From: a virus
Strand: one strand, 5' to 3'
Length of the DNA stretch: 64,000 nt
IMG/VR virus record: IMGVR_UViG_3300008448_000009
Coordinates: 55,282-119,281 of that record
Shown piece after piece: positions 1-10,500 of this stretch. Numbering within the stretch: position 1 is the first letter of the stretch; every line of letters starts with the position of its first letter. Below the pieces are notes generated by a model, which saw only the letters and a program-made list of their open reading frames with translations, was not told the origin of the DNA and searched no databases. Made by a program: the position numbers and the translations under genes.

Positions 1-1
1 A

Positions 2-424
2 CTTAAAAAAAATGCCGAAAATATATTTGATTTTTCAAATATATCTGGAATTTTAAATATAATTTTATCTTTGTTTAAAATTCCAGATACACCTGTAGAA
101 CCATTACCACCACCACTTATTATGGTAGGTGCACCACTAAGACCAGGAATGTCAGCCAAAGCTGTGGCTTCTAGAATTATAGCTAGACAATCTGAAGCTG
201 GTTTACCAGTTGGTGATGTTTTTGCTGATGGAAATAACACTAGCGAAGCTATGTTAGCTATACAGGTTGATGAGGTTATAAATACTTTGTTAACAGAATC
301 TGTGGTCAACGTTGTTATACCTCCTGGAGTTGCAATAACAGCGGTGGGCGCTAATCTAGGTGGACCTATTGTAGTGCAAGGGTTTACAACAACCATGGGT
401 GTCGGTAATGGAATAATGAGATAA
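2..424 (+). CDS. 5'-truncated virion (baseplate-region) protein
   Basis: Frame of ORF 71..424 is open back to position 2; lies upstream of the spike gene. Confidence 0.55.
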   Translation, partial: LKKNAENIFDFSNISGILNIILSLFKIPDTPVEPLPPPLIMVGAPLRPGMSAKAVASRIIARQSEAGLPVGDVFADGNNTSEAMLAIQVDEVINTLLTESVVNVVIPPGVAITAVGANLGGPIVVQGFTTTMGVGNGIMR

Positions 425-437
425 TTAAAATAATGTT

Positions 438-620
438 ATGTACGAAGATTTAGAATCAAAATCAAACAATGAAATTTTGTTTGAAATAAAACAAATGGAG
501 GCCGACCACGAGGCTATAAAACTTAAAATGTTGCAAGACTATGATAAACTAGTTGAAATCGAAAAAAGATTTGACGTAGCTAACAAACTAATTGTAAAAA
601 GACTTAAAGGGGAACAATAA
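438..620 (+). CDS. small coiled-coil hypothetical protein
   Basis: 60 aa; stop overlaps next start (TAATG). Confidence 0.6.
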   Translation: MYEDLESKSNNEILFEIKQMEADHEAIKLKMLQDYDKLVEIEKRFDVANKLIVKRLKGEQ

Positions 621-1642
621 TGCTAAATAACAAACATACCAGAGGTGAAAAAAGCCAGTACGATACCTACAAAACATTTACTTATTTAAAATATGGTGAA
701 GTAATGTCTGTTAACGACCCAAGTAGTTTGGGGCGTATAAAAGTATGGATTAAAGGTTCTGTAAGTAATGGTGGTGATGACGAAATAGTAAATAGTGGTA
801 CCGATTATGATAAATTACCATGGTGCCATCCTTTACTACCTAAACATTTATCAGTTCAACCAAAAGTTGGTGAAGGTGTTTGGGTTTTTGTTTTTAGTAA
901 AGAAAAGGAAAGTGGGGATAGAATGTTTATCGGACCTATCATTTCACAATTAAATAAATTAGATTTTGATAGTGCTAAAACAACTGCATTATCTGGTTTT
1001 AATTTCGGACCAACAAAACCAAGTATAAATATTACAAACAAAGGTGGTGCTATTGCAATACCAGAGTTAATTGGTGTTTTCCCTAACCCTGAAGATGTAT
1101 CAATTCAAGGTAGATACAATACTGATATCACACAAAAAAAGAATGAAATAGTTCTTAGAGCTGGTAAGTTTGTTGAAGCACCAATATTTAACCCTAGTGA
1201 AAACCCATACCCTTTTGTTTTCAATACCGCAACACAAGGATTTATTCAAATTAAAAATAATGCCGTATTAGAAACAACTAACGTAGACCAAACACTAGTT
1301 AATAATAAAATTGGCACCATTACCAATATAGTTTCAAACAAAATAAACCTTATCACACATGGTGGTTCACCAAGTTTTGAAGTTACTAACCAACAAAACC
1401 TGATTAGTGACGAAGAAATGTTAAGAATTCTTTCTCAAGCTCACCAACTACCTTTTGGTGATATATTACTACAATATTTAAAACTGTTAAAAGATGCTTT
1501 CCTAAATCACGTACACAACGGACATGGTAATAAATGTACTGATTTAACTATTGAAGGAAATAAACAAGCCGTAAAAGCTTTCCTAGATAAAGCCAAAGAA
1601 TTGGAAGATTCTATGTTATCTAAAAACATTCGTATTAATTAA
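620..1642 (+). CDS. baseplate central spike protein (gp5/gpV/VgrG-type OB-fold)
   Basis: GEVxSVNDPxxLGRIKV, LPWCxPLLP, PKVGExVWV OB-fold signature; C-terminal HVHNGHG apex motif. Confidence 0.75.
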   Translation: MLNNKHTRGEKSQYDTYKTFTYLKYGEVMSVNDPSSLGRIKVWIKGSVSNGGDDEIVNSGTDYDKLPWCHPLLPKHLSVQPKVGEGVWVFVFSKEKESGDRMFIGPIISQLNKLDFDSAKTTALSGFNFGPTKPSINITNKGGAIAIPELIGVFPNPEDVSIQGRYNTDITQKKNEIVLRAGKFVEAPIFNPSENPYPFVFNTATQGFIQIKNNAVLETTNVDQTLVNNKIGTITNIVSNKINLITHGGSPSFEVTNQQNLISDEEMLRILSQAHQLPFGDILLQYLKLLKDAFLNHVHNGHGNKCTDLTIEGNKQAVKAFLDKAKELEDSMLSKNIRIN

Positions 1643-1684
1643 GCTTATTACTGTTTTTATGATATTTATAATAAAAACAAAACC

Positions 1685-3091
1685 ATGGTAATACGTACAT
1701 ATTTCGATAAAAACAACACAATAGTTAGTAACTCAATTGTTAACACTGGATTAAACCCAGTGGCTGAGTTATTTTACGGTGGTGCTGATGGTGCAGAAAA
1801 ATATAGTAGGTTTTTATTTTACTTTGATGAAACTAGACTTAGAAATTTATACACTGGGGGCACGTATACCGACTTAACTAAACTAAAACATACTCTTAGA
1901 CTAACCAACACAGCATCGTTCGATACAGGCCTTTTAAACGGTACAATGGAAGCCAAAGACAGAGCTTCATCATTTGATTTGATTTTATTCAAAATTAATC
2001 AAGATTGGGATAACGGTGTAGGTTATGATTATGAAGTTCCTATAATTGTTAGTGGTGATTATTTCTATTCTAGTGACCCATCAAATTGGACAGCAGCCAA
2101 AACTGGTGAAGCATGGACCAACGGTACTGGTGTTTATTCTGGTTCACCATCAGGAATTACTGTAACAACACAACACTTTGATAAAGGTAATGAAAACATA
2201 GAAATGGATATTACAGACTACGTTAATGGGTTGTTAACTGGTGACACAAACTATGGATTAGGAATTGCGTATGCTAGAGGTTATGAACAAATAAACACAT
2301 CAGCTCTACAATATGTTGGATTCTTTACTAACAACACACAAACATTTTATGAACCATTTGTTGAAACAATCTACGATAACCATATTAAAGACGATAGAAA
2401 CAACTTTTTCTTAGATAAACATAACAAACTATATCTTTACGTAAATCTTGCGGGAAATCCAACTAATTTGGATTCTATACCTAGTGTTGACATTTATGAT
2501 GAAAACGGTGTTATATTTTCATCATATACATCTTCTGAGGTTACACACGTTACTTTGGGTGTTTATTCTATTGATATCATCGTACCAACAACTAATTCAA
2601 ACGAAAATACAATGTATAACGATGTTTGGAGTGATGTTGTGATAAACGGTGTTACCAGACCAAATATTAGTTTAGATTTTGTAATGAGACCATCGATGGA
2701 ATATTACAATATTGGAAACAACGATATGCTACCTAAAAAAATTGCTGTATCGATTGGTGGTATCAGAAACCAAGAAAAAATAAAACGTGGTGATATCCGT
2801 AAAGGTATCGTATCAGCTAGAATTCCTTACACCGTAGAACAAACTCAAAGTATTGATAACCTTCAATATAGATTATATGTTAAAGAAGGTGTGAGAGAAT
2901 TAACAGTGATTGATTTCCAACCAGTTGAAATGGCAAACAATTATTATTATTTCTTGTTAGATACAGCTAGTCTTATCCCGAATACTTACTATTTGGATAT
3001 TCTTGCAACATCAAATTTAGAAGTAACAACAATAAAAAGTGTTGTTCAATTTGACATTGTAAACCAAGTTGAATTACGTAAAGGACAGTAA
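1685..3091 (+). CDS. putative virion structural protein
   Basis: 468 aa, beta-rich T/N/Y composition, ATATTTAT promoter at 1662, next to spike gene. Confidence 0.55.
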   Translation: MVIRTYFDKNNTIVSNSIVNTGLNPVAELFYGGADGAEKYSRFLFYFDETRLRNLYTGGTYTDLTKLKHTLRLTNTASFDTGLLNGTMEAKDRASSFDLILFKINQDWDNGVGYDYEVPIIVSGDYFYSSDPSNWTAAKTGEAWTNGTGVYSGSPSGITVTTQHFDKGNENIEMDITDYVNGLLTGDTNYGLGIAYARGYEQINTSALQYVGFFTNNTQTFYEPFVETIYDNHIKDDRNNFFLDKHNKLYLYVNLAGNPTNLDSIPSVDIYDENGVIFSSYTSSEVTHVTLGVYSIDIIVPTTNSNENTMYNDVWSDVVINGVTRPNISLDFVMRPSMEYYNIGNNDMLPKKIAVSIGGIRNQEKIKRGDIRKGIVSARIPYTVEQTQSIDNLQYRLYVKEGVRELTVIDFQPVEMANNYYYFLLDTASLIPNTYYLDILATSNLEVTTIKSVVQFDIVNQVELRKGQ

Positions 3092-3092
3092 T

Positions 3093-3431
3093 ATGAAAAG
3101 TTTTATAAAACAAAGACTCAGAGAACAAATGATTGATGGTCAAAACATGAATGGCAGCATGCAAAATAGTTGTAATACAATGACTATTAATAGTTATGAT
3201 GAAGCTTTAAGTAGAGTAGAAGCATCGCTTAAAGGTGTTAGTCCAGAAACAAGACAACAAGTTATGCAAAAAATTCACGTTCCGTTGGAAAATCTTAAAC
3301 AAGAAGAACAAAAATTAAACCGTGAAGAAAAATCACAACACATGACTGGTGATTCAATGCCAGACCAAGTAGACACCTATTGGCACCAAATTCAATCAAC
3401 GTTGTGTGAATTAGGCCCAGATTTTGAATAA
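3093..3431 (+). CDS. hypothetical protein with MKSFIKQRLRE leader
   Basis: ATG at 3093 in frame with ORF 3069..3431. Confidence 0.6.
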   Translation: MKSFIKQRLREQMIDGQNMNGSMQNSCNTMTINSYDEALSRVEASLKGVSPETRQQVMQKIHVPLENLKQEEQKLNREEKSQHMTGDSMPDQVDTYWHQIQSTLCELGPDFE

Positions 3432-3432
3432 T

Positions 3433-3954
3433 ATGAAACAAGTAATCAAACAATTATTAAGAGAAAATTTAATAAAATGTGTCAATCTTTATCCAACAAA
3501 AGAAGTTATAAACTATGTTAATAATTTTGATTCAGACGAACAACTATTACGTAGTGGTGGTTTACCAGATGATATCTTAGATAGATACGCTTTTGGTTTC
3601 ACTGAGTCTGATATGACCGAATTAGACCCATCAAGAATCTCAATAAAATGGCATAGTGATTTAGAGAATGTTATTTGGGAGGTTAAAGAAAGTGGTCTTT
3701 CACCTATAGAATGGTCAAAAAAAATTAACTTAACAGAACCTATTGATGTTTCTTATGAGTCAAATGGTTTCGGGTTAAAATTTTATTTAGAAGATGGGCA
3801 TCATAGATATTATGCTGCCAAAACATTAAAAAAACCATTAAATGTTAATTTAAGAATCAAAGCAAATCCAATAAATAAAATAACTAAAAACAAATTAGGA
3901 TATGATGATTTTCATAGATGTTTATTTAATCAAGTAAAAACTATTGACAATTAA
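3433..3954 (+). CDS. ParB/sulfiredoxin-like domain protein with MKQVIKQLLRE leader
   Basis: PIDV...LEDGHHRYYAA motif. Confidence 0.65.
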   Translation: MKQVIKQLLRENLIKCVNLYPTKEVINYVNNFDSDEQLLRSGGLPDDILDRYAFGFTESDMTELDPSRISIKWHSDLENVIWEVKESGLSPIEWSKKINLTEPIDVSYESNGFGLKFYLEDGHHRYYAAKTLKKPLNVNLRIKANPINKITKNKLGYDDFHRCLFNQVKTIDN

Positions 3955-3978
3955 AATAGTTTTTAGTATATTTATGAT

Positions 3979-4052
3979 TATACGTTAACTCACGTATTGG
4001 TTTCGAGTCAGAAATGGCTTTAGAGTTGTCTAGGCAACAAAGAAATTGGTAC
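3979..4052 (+). promoter_or_regulatory. structured 5' leader candidate
   Basis: Hairpins 4005-4020 and 4025-4038 enclosed by 3994-4004/4042-4052 pairing, just after ATATTTAT at 3968. Confidence 0.45.
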
Positions 4053-4084
4053 AATAATAACAATAAATTAAAAGTTAATTAAAC

Positions 4085-5065
4085 ATGAAAAACTTAAATT
4101 ATGTGGCACCAAAAATGCCAACAGCTAATTTGGCTGTAAACAAAAGTAGAGTTAAACTCTACAACAAACAAGGCGATTTGCCAACTTATTACTTACAAAA
4201 AGGGCAAGAGTTCCAGATTGAACTTTTCAATCCAACTACGGACACTGTACTTGCTAAAATTACACTTAACGGAAATGTTATCTCACAAGGTGGTCTTGTT
4301 TTAAACCCTGGCCAAAGAGTATTTCTTGATAGATACTTAGACGTAGCTAAAAAATTCTTATTTGATACTTACGAAGTAGCTAACACACAAGAAGTGAAAG
4401 AAGCCATAGTAAACAACGGTGACTTCAAAGTAGAATTCTATAGAGAATCAAAACCAAGACCAAGAAATCCAATAATTACTCTTGGTGGTTTTGGTAAAAG
4501 AAGCGTTTTTGGTGGGCCAAATTATGACCAAGGGATTATTCGTTACGATAGTACAAACACTGGTGGTTATGTTTACAATTCAGGCACTGCACCTAACACA
4601 CCGTTGTGTAATACATTCACAACGTCTACTAACGCTGTTGGTGGTTCATATTCAACAACTGGTTTGTTAACTGGTGATATTTCAAACACACTTTCAACTA
4701 GCGCGTTCTATAGCTCAAACGTAAATTATAGCGACACCTTAAACGGTGAAGTTACAATGGATTGGATGTCGACTGAAAAAAGTGTTGAAACACCTAAAAA
4801 TCTAACTAGAAGTTTAAAAGCTAAAAAATCTAAATCAATTGAAACTGGTAGAGTTGAACAAGGTTCACATTCTGACCAAAAATTCAAAACTGTTGATAAA
4901 GATTTTGAATGGTTTGCTTTCCATACTGTTGAAGCCAAGTTGCTTCCAGTATCTCAAAAAGTTAACACAGCTGAAGATATTAATGTAAAAAGATATTGTA
5001 CAAACTGTGGTGCCAAACTAGGTAAAGGACACAAGTTTTGCGCTACATGCGGCACAAAAGCATAA
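4085..5065 (+). CDS. hypothetical protein with C-terminal zinc ribbon
   Basis: Ends CTNCG...CATCG; S/T/G-rich middle. Confidence 0.7.
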   Translation: MKNLNYVAPKMPTANLAVNKSRVKLYNKQGDLPTYYLQKGQEFQIELFNPTTDTVLAKITLNGNVISQGGLVLNPGQRVFLDRYLDVAKKFLFDTYEVANTQEVKEAIVNNGDFKVEFYRESKPRPRNPIITLGGFGKRSVFGGPNYDQGIIRYDSTNTGGYVYNSGTAPNTPLCNTFTTSTNAVGGSYSTTGLLTGDISNTLSTSAFYSSNVNYSDTLNGEVTMDWMSTEKSVETPKNLTRSLKAKKSKSIETGRVEQGSHSDQKFKTVDKDFEWFAFHTVEAKLLPVSQKVNTAEDINVKRYCTNCGAKLGKGHKFCATCGTKA

Positions 5066-5092
5066 TAAATAATTAATCGAGTTAACGTATAT

Positions 5093-5119
5093 AAAAAAAG
5101 GGCCATATGGCCCTTTTTT
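5093..5119. terminator. bidirectional intrinsic terminator
   Basis: A-tract GGGCCATATGGCCC T-tract between convergent genes. Confidence 0.8.
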
Positions 5120-5762
5120 ATTGTATTGTTAAATCCATTTTATTTAACTTGAACATATCGTTCAAATCTTTTAATGTGGTTGGTGTAATTAATCCGTTTA
5201 TATTAGAACCAATCCAACATTGTGTAGTACCGTTGATAAATAATACCTTAAAAAATGCTGATGGAATTGGAATTCTAGATTTACCCATATACTTTTTATT
5301 CTTAGGGTCATATATGACACCAGTGATAATAACAACATCTTGTTTTGACTCAGCAATTATATCTTCAACATCACCTTCCATTTGGGCCCATTTACCTCTA
5401 TTGAAACCAGCCAATTGTGGCGCTGCGTTGAACAAGCTAAAAGATTTATGGTTCAAATTATTATCATAAGATGTGATATGTGACGGTGTCAAATGACCAA
5501 TATCATAACCAGTTTTTAAATACGCGTCTTTATAGTATTTACCTTTGTACGTATCTTGAAACCAACGGTTGTCTCGCTCTTTATCTAGCTTTAGAAAGCT
5601 TGAATATTTTAAAACATGTTTGGATACCAAAGCGCAAGTATCTTTAGTTAAATACAACGTAATGTCTCCGTGGTTTATGATTAGTTTGTTGTCTGTTTTT
5701 ACGGTCTGTGAAAACATGGTCATTGTCATGAACAATGTTATAAGTAAAAATATTTTCTTCAT
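5118..5762 (-). CDS. secreted DNA/RNA non-specific endonuclease (NucA/Serratia family)
   Basis: YDIGHLTP and NAAPQxAGFNRGxW motifs; signal peptide MKKIFLLITLFMTMTMFSQ from ATG at 5762. Confidence 0.8.
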   Translation of the reverse strand: MKKIFLLITLFMTMTMFSQTVKTDNKLIINHGDITLYLTKDTCALVSKHVLKYSSFLKLDKERDNRWFQDTYKGKYYKDAYLKTGYDIGHLTPSHITSYDNNLNHKSFSLFNAAPQLAGFNRGKWAQMEGDVEDIIAESKQDVVIITGVIYDPKNKKYMGKSRIPIPSAFFKVLFINGTTQCWIGSNINGLITPTTLKDLNDMFKLNKMDLTIQ

Positions 5763-5784
5763 ATCTATAAATATCCTATAAAAC

Positions 5785-5815
5785 AAAAAAGGCCACCGTA
5801 ATGGTAGCCTTTTTT
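5785..5815 (-). terminator. intrinsic terminator after major capsid gene
   Basis: AAAAAAGGCCACC-GTAAT-GGTAGCCTTTTTT. Confidence 0.7.
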
Positions 5816-5833
5816 ATGTTATATAAGATAAGA

Positions 5834-7708
5834 TTATCTTAATTCGTTGATGTTAAATGTTTGAACACCGTCAACTCTTAAGTGACCATAGAAACGGTTG
5901 TTTACGACTTTTTTCGCGTAACGAGTCATAATACCTTTCACTGGAGCGAAGTTGAATGGGTTATACATTGTAGGTGTCAATTGTAATGGCACGTATGGAG
6001 CATAGATGTATCCAGTGTCTAACAATGATTTACCTTTGTGACCAATGATGATAGAGTAAGATGGTGCATAAGGGTCACGGTACACTTGGTAACGTCCACT
6101 TAAAGAACCGATTCTTTCAATACCCATGTTGTATTGGTCTTGCTCTGGGTTAGCGTCACTTACGTGGAAGTATTCTAAGTCATCAAAGATAGCTGAGATT
6201 TCTGAAGATACTACGATAAAGTTAGCACCACCTCTAAGAGTTGATTTATGGATTTGAGCAGAGATTTGGTTTAATTTAGTAATTAAAGTTTGGTTCCACT
6301 CTTTTTGTGTGTATGGTGCAGCAGCATTACCTGTAGCTTTTCTCCATCCGTTGTAGTCCCAACGTAATTGCCATGCAGCAGCTTTACGTAAGTCTCTAAG
6401 GATTTCACGGTCGATTTCAGCAGCAACTTGCTCAGAAAGCATTGCAGTTAATTCAGCTTCAGCGTCGATGTTGTGGAATGCACTAACGTCTTGCGCTAAT
6501 TCTGGAGACCATGTAGCTCTTAATTTTCTTTCTTCAACTGATACTACAACTTCATCTAATCTGAAAGATACTTCTCCCATTTCAGTTTCAAGTTCTAATG
6601 TAGCGTATTCAGCCCAAGTTACTACTAAACCAGCAGTAGTTGTGATAGCAGATACAGTAGTAGCAGAAGCACCTACATAACCATCGTATGTTGCAGTACC
6701 TACAGCAGCAGCACCTGTACCAGCAGTTGAACCAGCTGGGTGAGTCAAGTCTAACTCAATGTACATAACACCGTTTGGTGTAGTTAAGATTGGGTAACCA
6801 CTAGCGTTTACGTTTTTAGTTTGAACAATACCAGTTCCATATTTTTGAGTTACAATACGGAAAGGAACTTCACCACCAGCAGCAACAACTTGGTTACCAT
6901 CACGGTCTAAAATAGCGTTAGTAGAAACAACTTTCAACGAAGCCAAGAATGACTCAGTATCCATGTTGTTACCATCAGGACCAGTTAATACTTCTCTACC
7001 AGCAGCAGAACCAGCACCACCTGTGAAACCTGAAATAGATAAAATAGCGTTTCTCACAGAACCATCAGCAGCAGTTGGGAATGAGGTACTTGGAGGTGGA
7101 ACACTAAATACACCATTAGAGTTTAATGTTTGAGCGTTAGCGTTAGTAATGTTGTAAGTTACGATAGTAAGAGTACCTTTTGATTGGTCGAATAAACCAT
7201 CGTTGTAGAAAATATCATACAAGTTTTTAGCCATCCAAGGAGTTACTGTACATGTAGCATCAGCACCTTTAACACATGATGGAATACCATCATACCCCAT
7301 TGAAGTGTGAGCTGAGAAAGTAGGTCCATCACCGTTATAGTAATCACCACCAACACCAGCAGCGTTTACACGCTCTGAAGTCAAAGGCACAAAGAAGAAC
7401 AATTTACCGATTGGCATGTTCATAGCTTGTACTGATACAACGTCATTAGCTAATAATTTTGAGAAAACTCTACGTACAATTGGGAATACTACAGTTTCAA
7501 AAGAACCTGAGCTACCAGCAGTAGTTGATTCAGTCAATAATGAAGACGCTTGGTTTTCATATAATTGAGCGATGTTTTCTTTAACGTGGCCTCTAAGACC
7601 ATCTAGGAATCCTAATGAATCCCATTTTTGTTGAGTCTCTAAACGGATAGCCTTCATGTGGTTTAATCCGATGTTACCAACTTGTCCAGATGTTAATAAA
7701 TGTGACAT
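5834..7708 (-). CDS. major capsid protein (T4 gp23-like)
   Basis: LYENQ, VQAMNMPIG, RKLRATWSPELAQD, AEIDREI, YAPYVPL, GIMTRYA motifs; LLTE-S cleavage site near residue 60. Confidence 0.95.
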   Translation of the reverse strand: MSHLLTSGQVGNIGLNHMKAIRLETQQKWDSLGFLDGLRGHVKENIAQLYENQASSLLTESTTAGSSGSFETVVFPIVRRVFSKLLANDVVSVQAMNMPIGKLFFFVPLTSERVNAAGVGGDYYNGDGPTFSAHTSMGYDGIPSCVKGADATCTVTPWMAKNLYDIFYNDGLFDQSKGTLTIVTYNITNANAQTLNSNGVFSVPPPSTSFPTAADGSVRNAILSISGFTGGAGSAAGREVLTGPDGNNMDTESFLASLKVVSTNAILDRDGNQVVAAGGEVPFRIVTQKYGTGIVQTKNVNASGYPILTTPNGVMYIELDLTHPAGSTAGTGAAAVGTATYDGYVGASATTVSAITTTAGLVVTWAEYATLELETEMGEVSFRLDEVVVSVEERKLRATWSPELAQDVSAFHNIDAEAELTAMLSEQVAAEIDREILRDLRKAAAWQLRWDYNGWRKATGNAAAPYTQKEWNQTLITKLNQISAQIHKSTLRGGANFIVVSSEISAIFDDLEYFHVSDANPEQDQYNMGIERIGSLSGRYQVYRDPYAPSYSIIIGHKGKSLLDTGYIYAPYVPLQLTPTMYNPFNFAPVKGIMTRYAKKVVNNRFYGHLRVDGVQTFNINELR

Positions 7709-7741
7709 AATTTGTTTTTTTATTTTTTTATTGGGTTATTG

Positions 7742-9085
7742 TTATCTTTTTTCAACTCTGTGAATTAAATCCATAATTCTTTTAGTTGAAGGGTCAACAT
7801 ACGCAGTGCTTTCGTTTAATTGTTTTGAAGTACTAGTAGTTGCCTCTTTTATAATTTTGTTTTCTACTGATTCTGAAATTGGTTTTCTTGATTCCAATTC
7901 ATTAGCAATAGTTTTGTAAAGTCTTTTTGACTCTTTAAGGTTTGTTACCTCTTCATCAAATCTTTTGATTATAGTTTGTTTCTCACCTTTTGTTGTAGAA
8001 TGTTCCATGAACAATCTTGTTACATAAGTCAAATTGCTGTTGAACACTACAGTCTCTACTAACTTAGTTCTAAATTCTTTAAGAGCTACTCTGAATTCTT
8101 CATTTTCACCTTTAAGTTTAGTTGCTTCAGTTAATAAACTGTTATATTTTTTAGCGGTTTCAGAAACTATCTGTTTTGCTTTGTTTACTGTTTCATCGAT
8201 TTTTTCACCGTCTACAGATTTTTTACCGTATCCTAAGTGAGAAGCACCGTGTCTTCTTTGACCTTGATGACCAGCACGACCATTAACGTTACCGATGGTT
8301 TCATCCAATTCTTCCTCTTCTTCGTCCAATTCTTCCACTTCGTTCAAATCTTCCTCTTCGTCCAATTCTTCCTCTTCGTTTAAATTTTCTTCTTCATCAG
8401 ATTCCTCTTCAGATTCTTCACCTTCTTCGTCTTCTTCTTCACCTTCTTCGTCATCACCTTCTTCGTCATCTAATTCGATTTCGTAGTCCATGTCTTCACC
8501 TTCTTCGTCTTCTTCTTCACCACCCATTTCAGCTGGTTCTAAATCTAACTCTTCATCGTCACCCATTTCTGGTTCTGAAGATGGAGCTTGACCGTCAAGT
8601 TTAACAACATATTCTCCTGGTTCTGTAATGTTTAAGTGAAGTTCATCACCTACAATTTCAATTTCGTCTTCGCCACTTAATTTTTTGTAAATTGCGATTA
8701 CTTCATCGTCTGGTGCTCCAACCATATCGATTTCATCTGATGCGTCTATATCATCCATTCCTATGCCACCCATTTCGTCGCCCATGTCGTCGCCCATGTC
8801 AGTATCAGGTTCTAAACCACCTTCTACATCACCCATGTCGTCACCCATTTCGCCACCAAGGTCTTGGCCATCGATATCATCTCCACCTAATGTTTCAACG
8901 TCGTCACCCATTTCGGTGTCAACATCTTCTTCTTCGTAAACCTCCTCTAGAGATTCTTTCACAACACCATTAATTTCTTCTTTCGCAACCGAACGAAGTA
9001 TTTCTTTGGTATTGGCATTAAGAGCATTCTGAATATTGTTAATATCCAAAAGTGCTTCTTCAAGTATAGATTTTTTATCTGCCAT
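7742..9085 (-). CDS. prohead core/scaffolding protein (gp22-like position)
   Basis: Very acidic, coiled-coil C-terminus, many LxE sites, between protease and capsid genes. Confidence 0.7.
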   Translation of the reverse strand: MADKKSILEEALLDINNIQNALNANTKEILRSVAKEEINGVVKESLEEVYEEEDVDTEMGDDVETLGGDDIDGQDLGGEMGDDMGDVEGGLEPDTDMGDDMGDEMGGIGMDDIDASDEIDMVGAPDDEVIAIYKKLSGEDEIEIVGDELHLNITEPGEYVVKLDGQAPSSEPEMGDDEELDLEPAEMGGEEEDEEGEDMDYEIELDDEEGDDEEGEEEDEEGEESEEESDEEENLNEEEELDEEEDLNEVEELDEEEEELDETIGNVNGRAGHQGQRRHGASHLGYGKKSVDGEKIDETVNKAKQIVSETAKKYNSLLTEATKLKGENEEFRVALKEFRTKLVETVVFNSNLTYVTRLFMEHSTTKGEKQTIIKRFDEEVTNLKESKRLYKTIANELESRKPISESVENKIIKEATTSTSKQLNESTAYVDPSTKRIMDLIHRVEKR

Positions 9086-9202
9086 TTTATCTTTTTTTAT
9101 ATGTTTTTTATTAGATAAACAATGAGATGTTTCTCATTTGTTAATAAATATGCGTGTTTTTATCAAAAATCACTTTTTTGATAAAAAAATTATTATTTTT
9201 AA

Positions 9203-9928
9203 TTAGTCATTCAAAAAATTATCCAACTTATCATTCAATGATTCAGTCATAAGTGGTTTCTTAATCTCGGTATTTTCCACATATGGGCGCGCTTCTTCAT
9301 GATTTTTAAAAATCCAAGCGTCTGGTGTGGAAGGTGCTGTAACAACATCCCAACAAATAATTTCGAAATCGTCTTGTACAATTTGTTCTCCATTTTTACC
9401 CTCTTTCAACGAACCAACACCTCTAGAAGACACACCAATTTTTATTCTGTTTCTTAATAGATTAGCTACTTCATCACCTTTGGTAGATACGATACCCAAA
9501 TTAATAAACCCAGGTGTCATCAATATCTCCATCTTACCCATAAGTGTTTTACCTTCCCACCATGTTTCTACAATGTTGTGAGAAATTCTATCACCAGCAA
9601 TAATAGAAGACTCAGGGTGGTCTAATTCACCCACAGCTCTACGCTCACGTATGGCTTCTTGATATATTTGATTTTGTTTTTTTAAAATTGATTCTGGATA
9701 AATTCTACCATTACGATTAAGTACATCATATTTTTGTAGTACCACATATACAATTAGCGGCTCAACTATTGCTAGTTTGCTGCCTGTGTCTAATTTTTTT
9801 ATTTCGTTTATGAATGCTTGGTTTCTTGGTTCATCAGGGTTGATGTACCCAGCGTCTTGTTCGATTAGACCACCCCAACCAGTTTCTCCACGTTTTAATA
9901 CTTTGAAGTCTTTATAATTTATATCCAT
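9203..9928 (-). CDS. prohead protease (T4 gp21-like)
   Basis: NRNGRIY, GELDHP, IGVSSRGVGS, DVVTAPST. Confidence 0.92.
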   Translation of the reverse strand: MDINYKDFKVLKRGETGWGGLIEQDAGYINPDEPRNQAFINEIKKLDTGSKLAIVEPLIVYVVLQKYDVLNRNGRIYPESILKKQNQIYQEAIRERRAVGELDHPESSIIAGDRISHNIVETWWEGKTLMGKMEILMTPGFINLGIVSTKGDEVANLLRNRIKIGVSSRGVGSLKEGKNGEQIVQDDFEIICWDVVTAPSTPDAWIFKNHEEARPYVENTEIKKPLMTESLNDKLDNFLND

Positions 9929-9998
9929 AATTTGCTACCTTATAGATATAAATATATTACAATAACAAAAAAACCCCAGTATTACTACTGGGGCTTAA

Positions 9999-10445
9999 TT
10001 ATATTTTCTTTTTATGATATTTAAAATTTTCATCTAACTCAAAAACTTTATTAATTAACATCGATGTAACATCATTTAGTGAAGTTTTTGTTTTGTCAGA
10101 TATGATTGAAATTTCTTCAGTTTGAAACAATGTTATTTCACAACTCATAAAACTACGTTTTCCGTATTTTATACCAGATTCTCTGATATCCAAATCAACA
10201 ATCGTGTTGTTTTTTAAAAAACCAGAATTTTCGTTTAAATTAAAATAATTAAACAAATCTTGTTTTAATTTTTTATTTATGTCTTTAATTACTCTAGTGT
10301 AATTAACATCCTCATCTTGATTTAGTGGTTCGGCCCACGCTGAAATGTTTATATAAACCGATTTTGGGTTTTTATTATCAACACAACCATAGACTATATT
10401 GTAGTTATTATGGTTGTCATTTTTAAATTGTTTTCCTGTCTTCAT
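9999..10445 (-). CDS. hypothetical protein
   Basis: 148 aa ORF; TAnnTTTG promoter at 10465-10472 and downstream hairpin near 9973-9994. Confidence 0.6.
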   Translation of the reverse strand: MKTGKQFKNDNHNNYNIVYGCVDNKNPKSVYINISAWAEPLNQDEDVNYTRVIKDINKKLKQDLFNYFNLNENSGFLKNNTIVDLDIRESGIKYGKRSFMSCEITLFQTEEISIISDKTKTSLNDVTSMLINKVFELDENFKYHKKKI

Positions 10446-10500
10446 ATTCTAGTAAATTAATATACAAATATAATAAAATTCCAGGAATTAGTCAACAACC

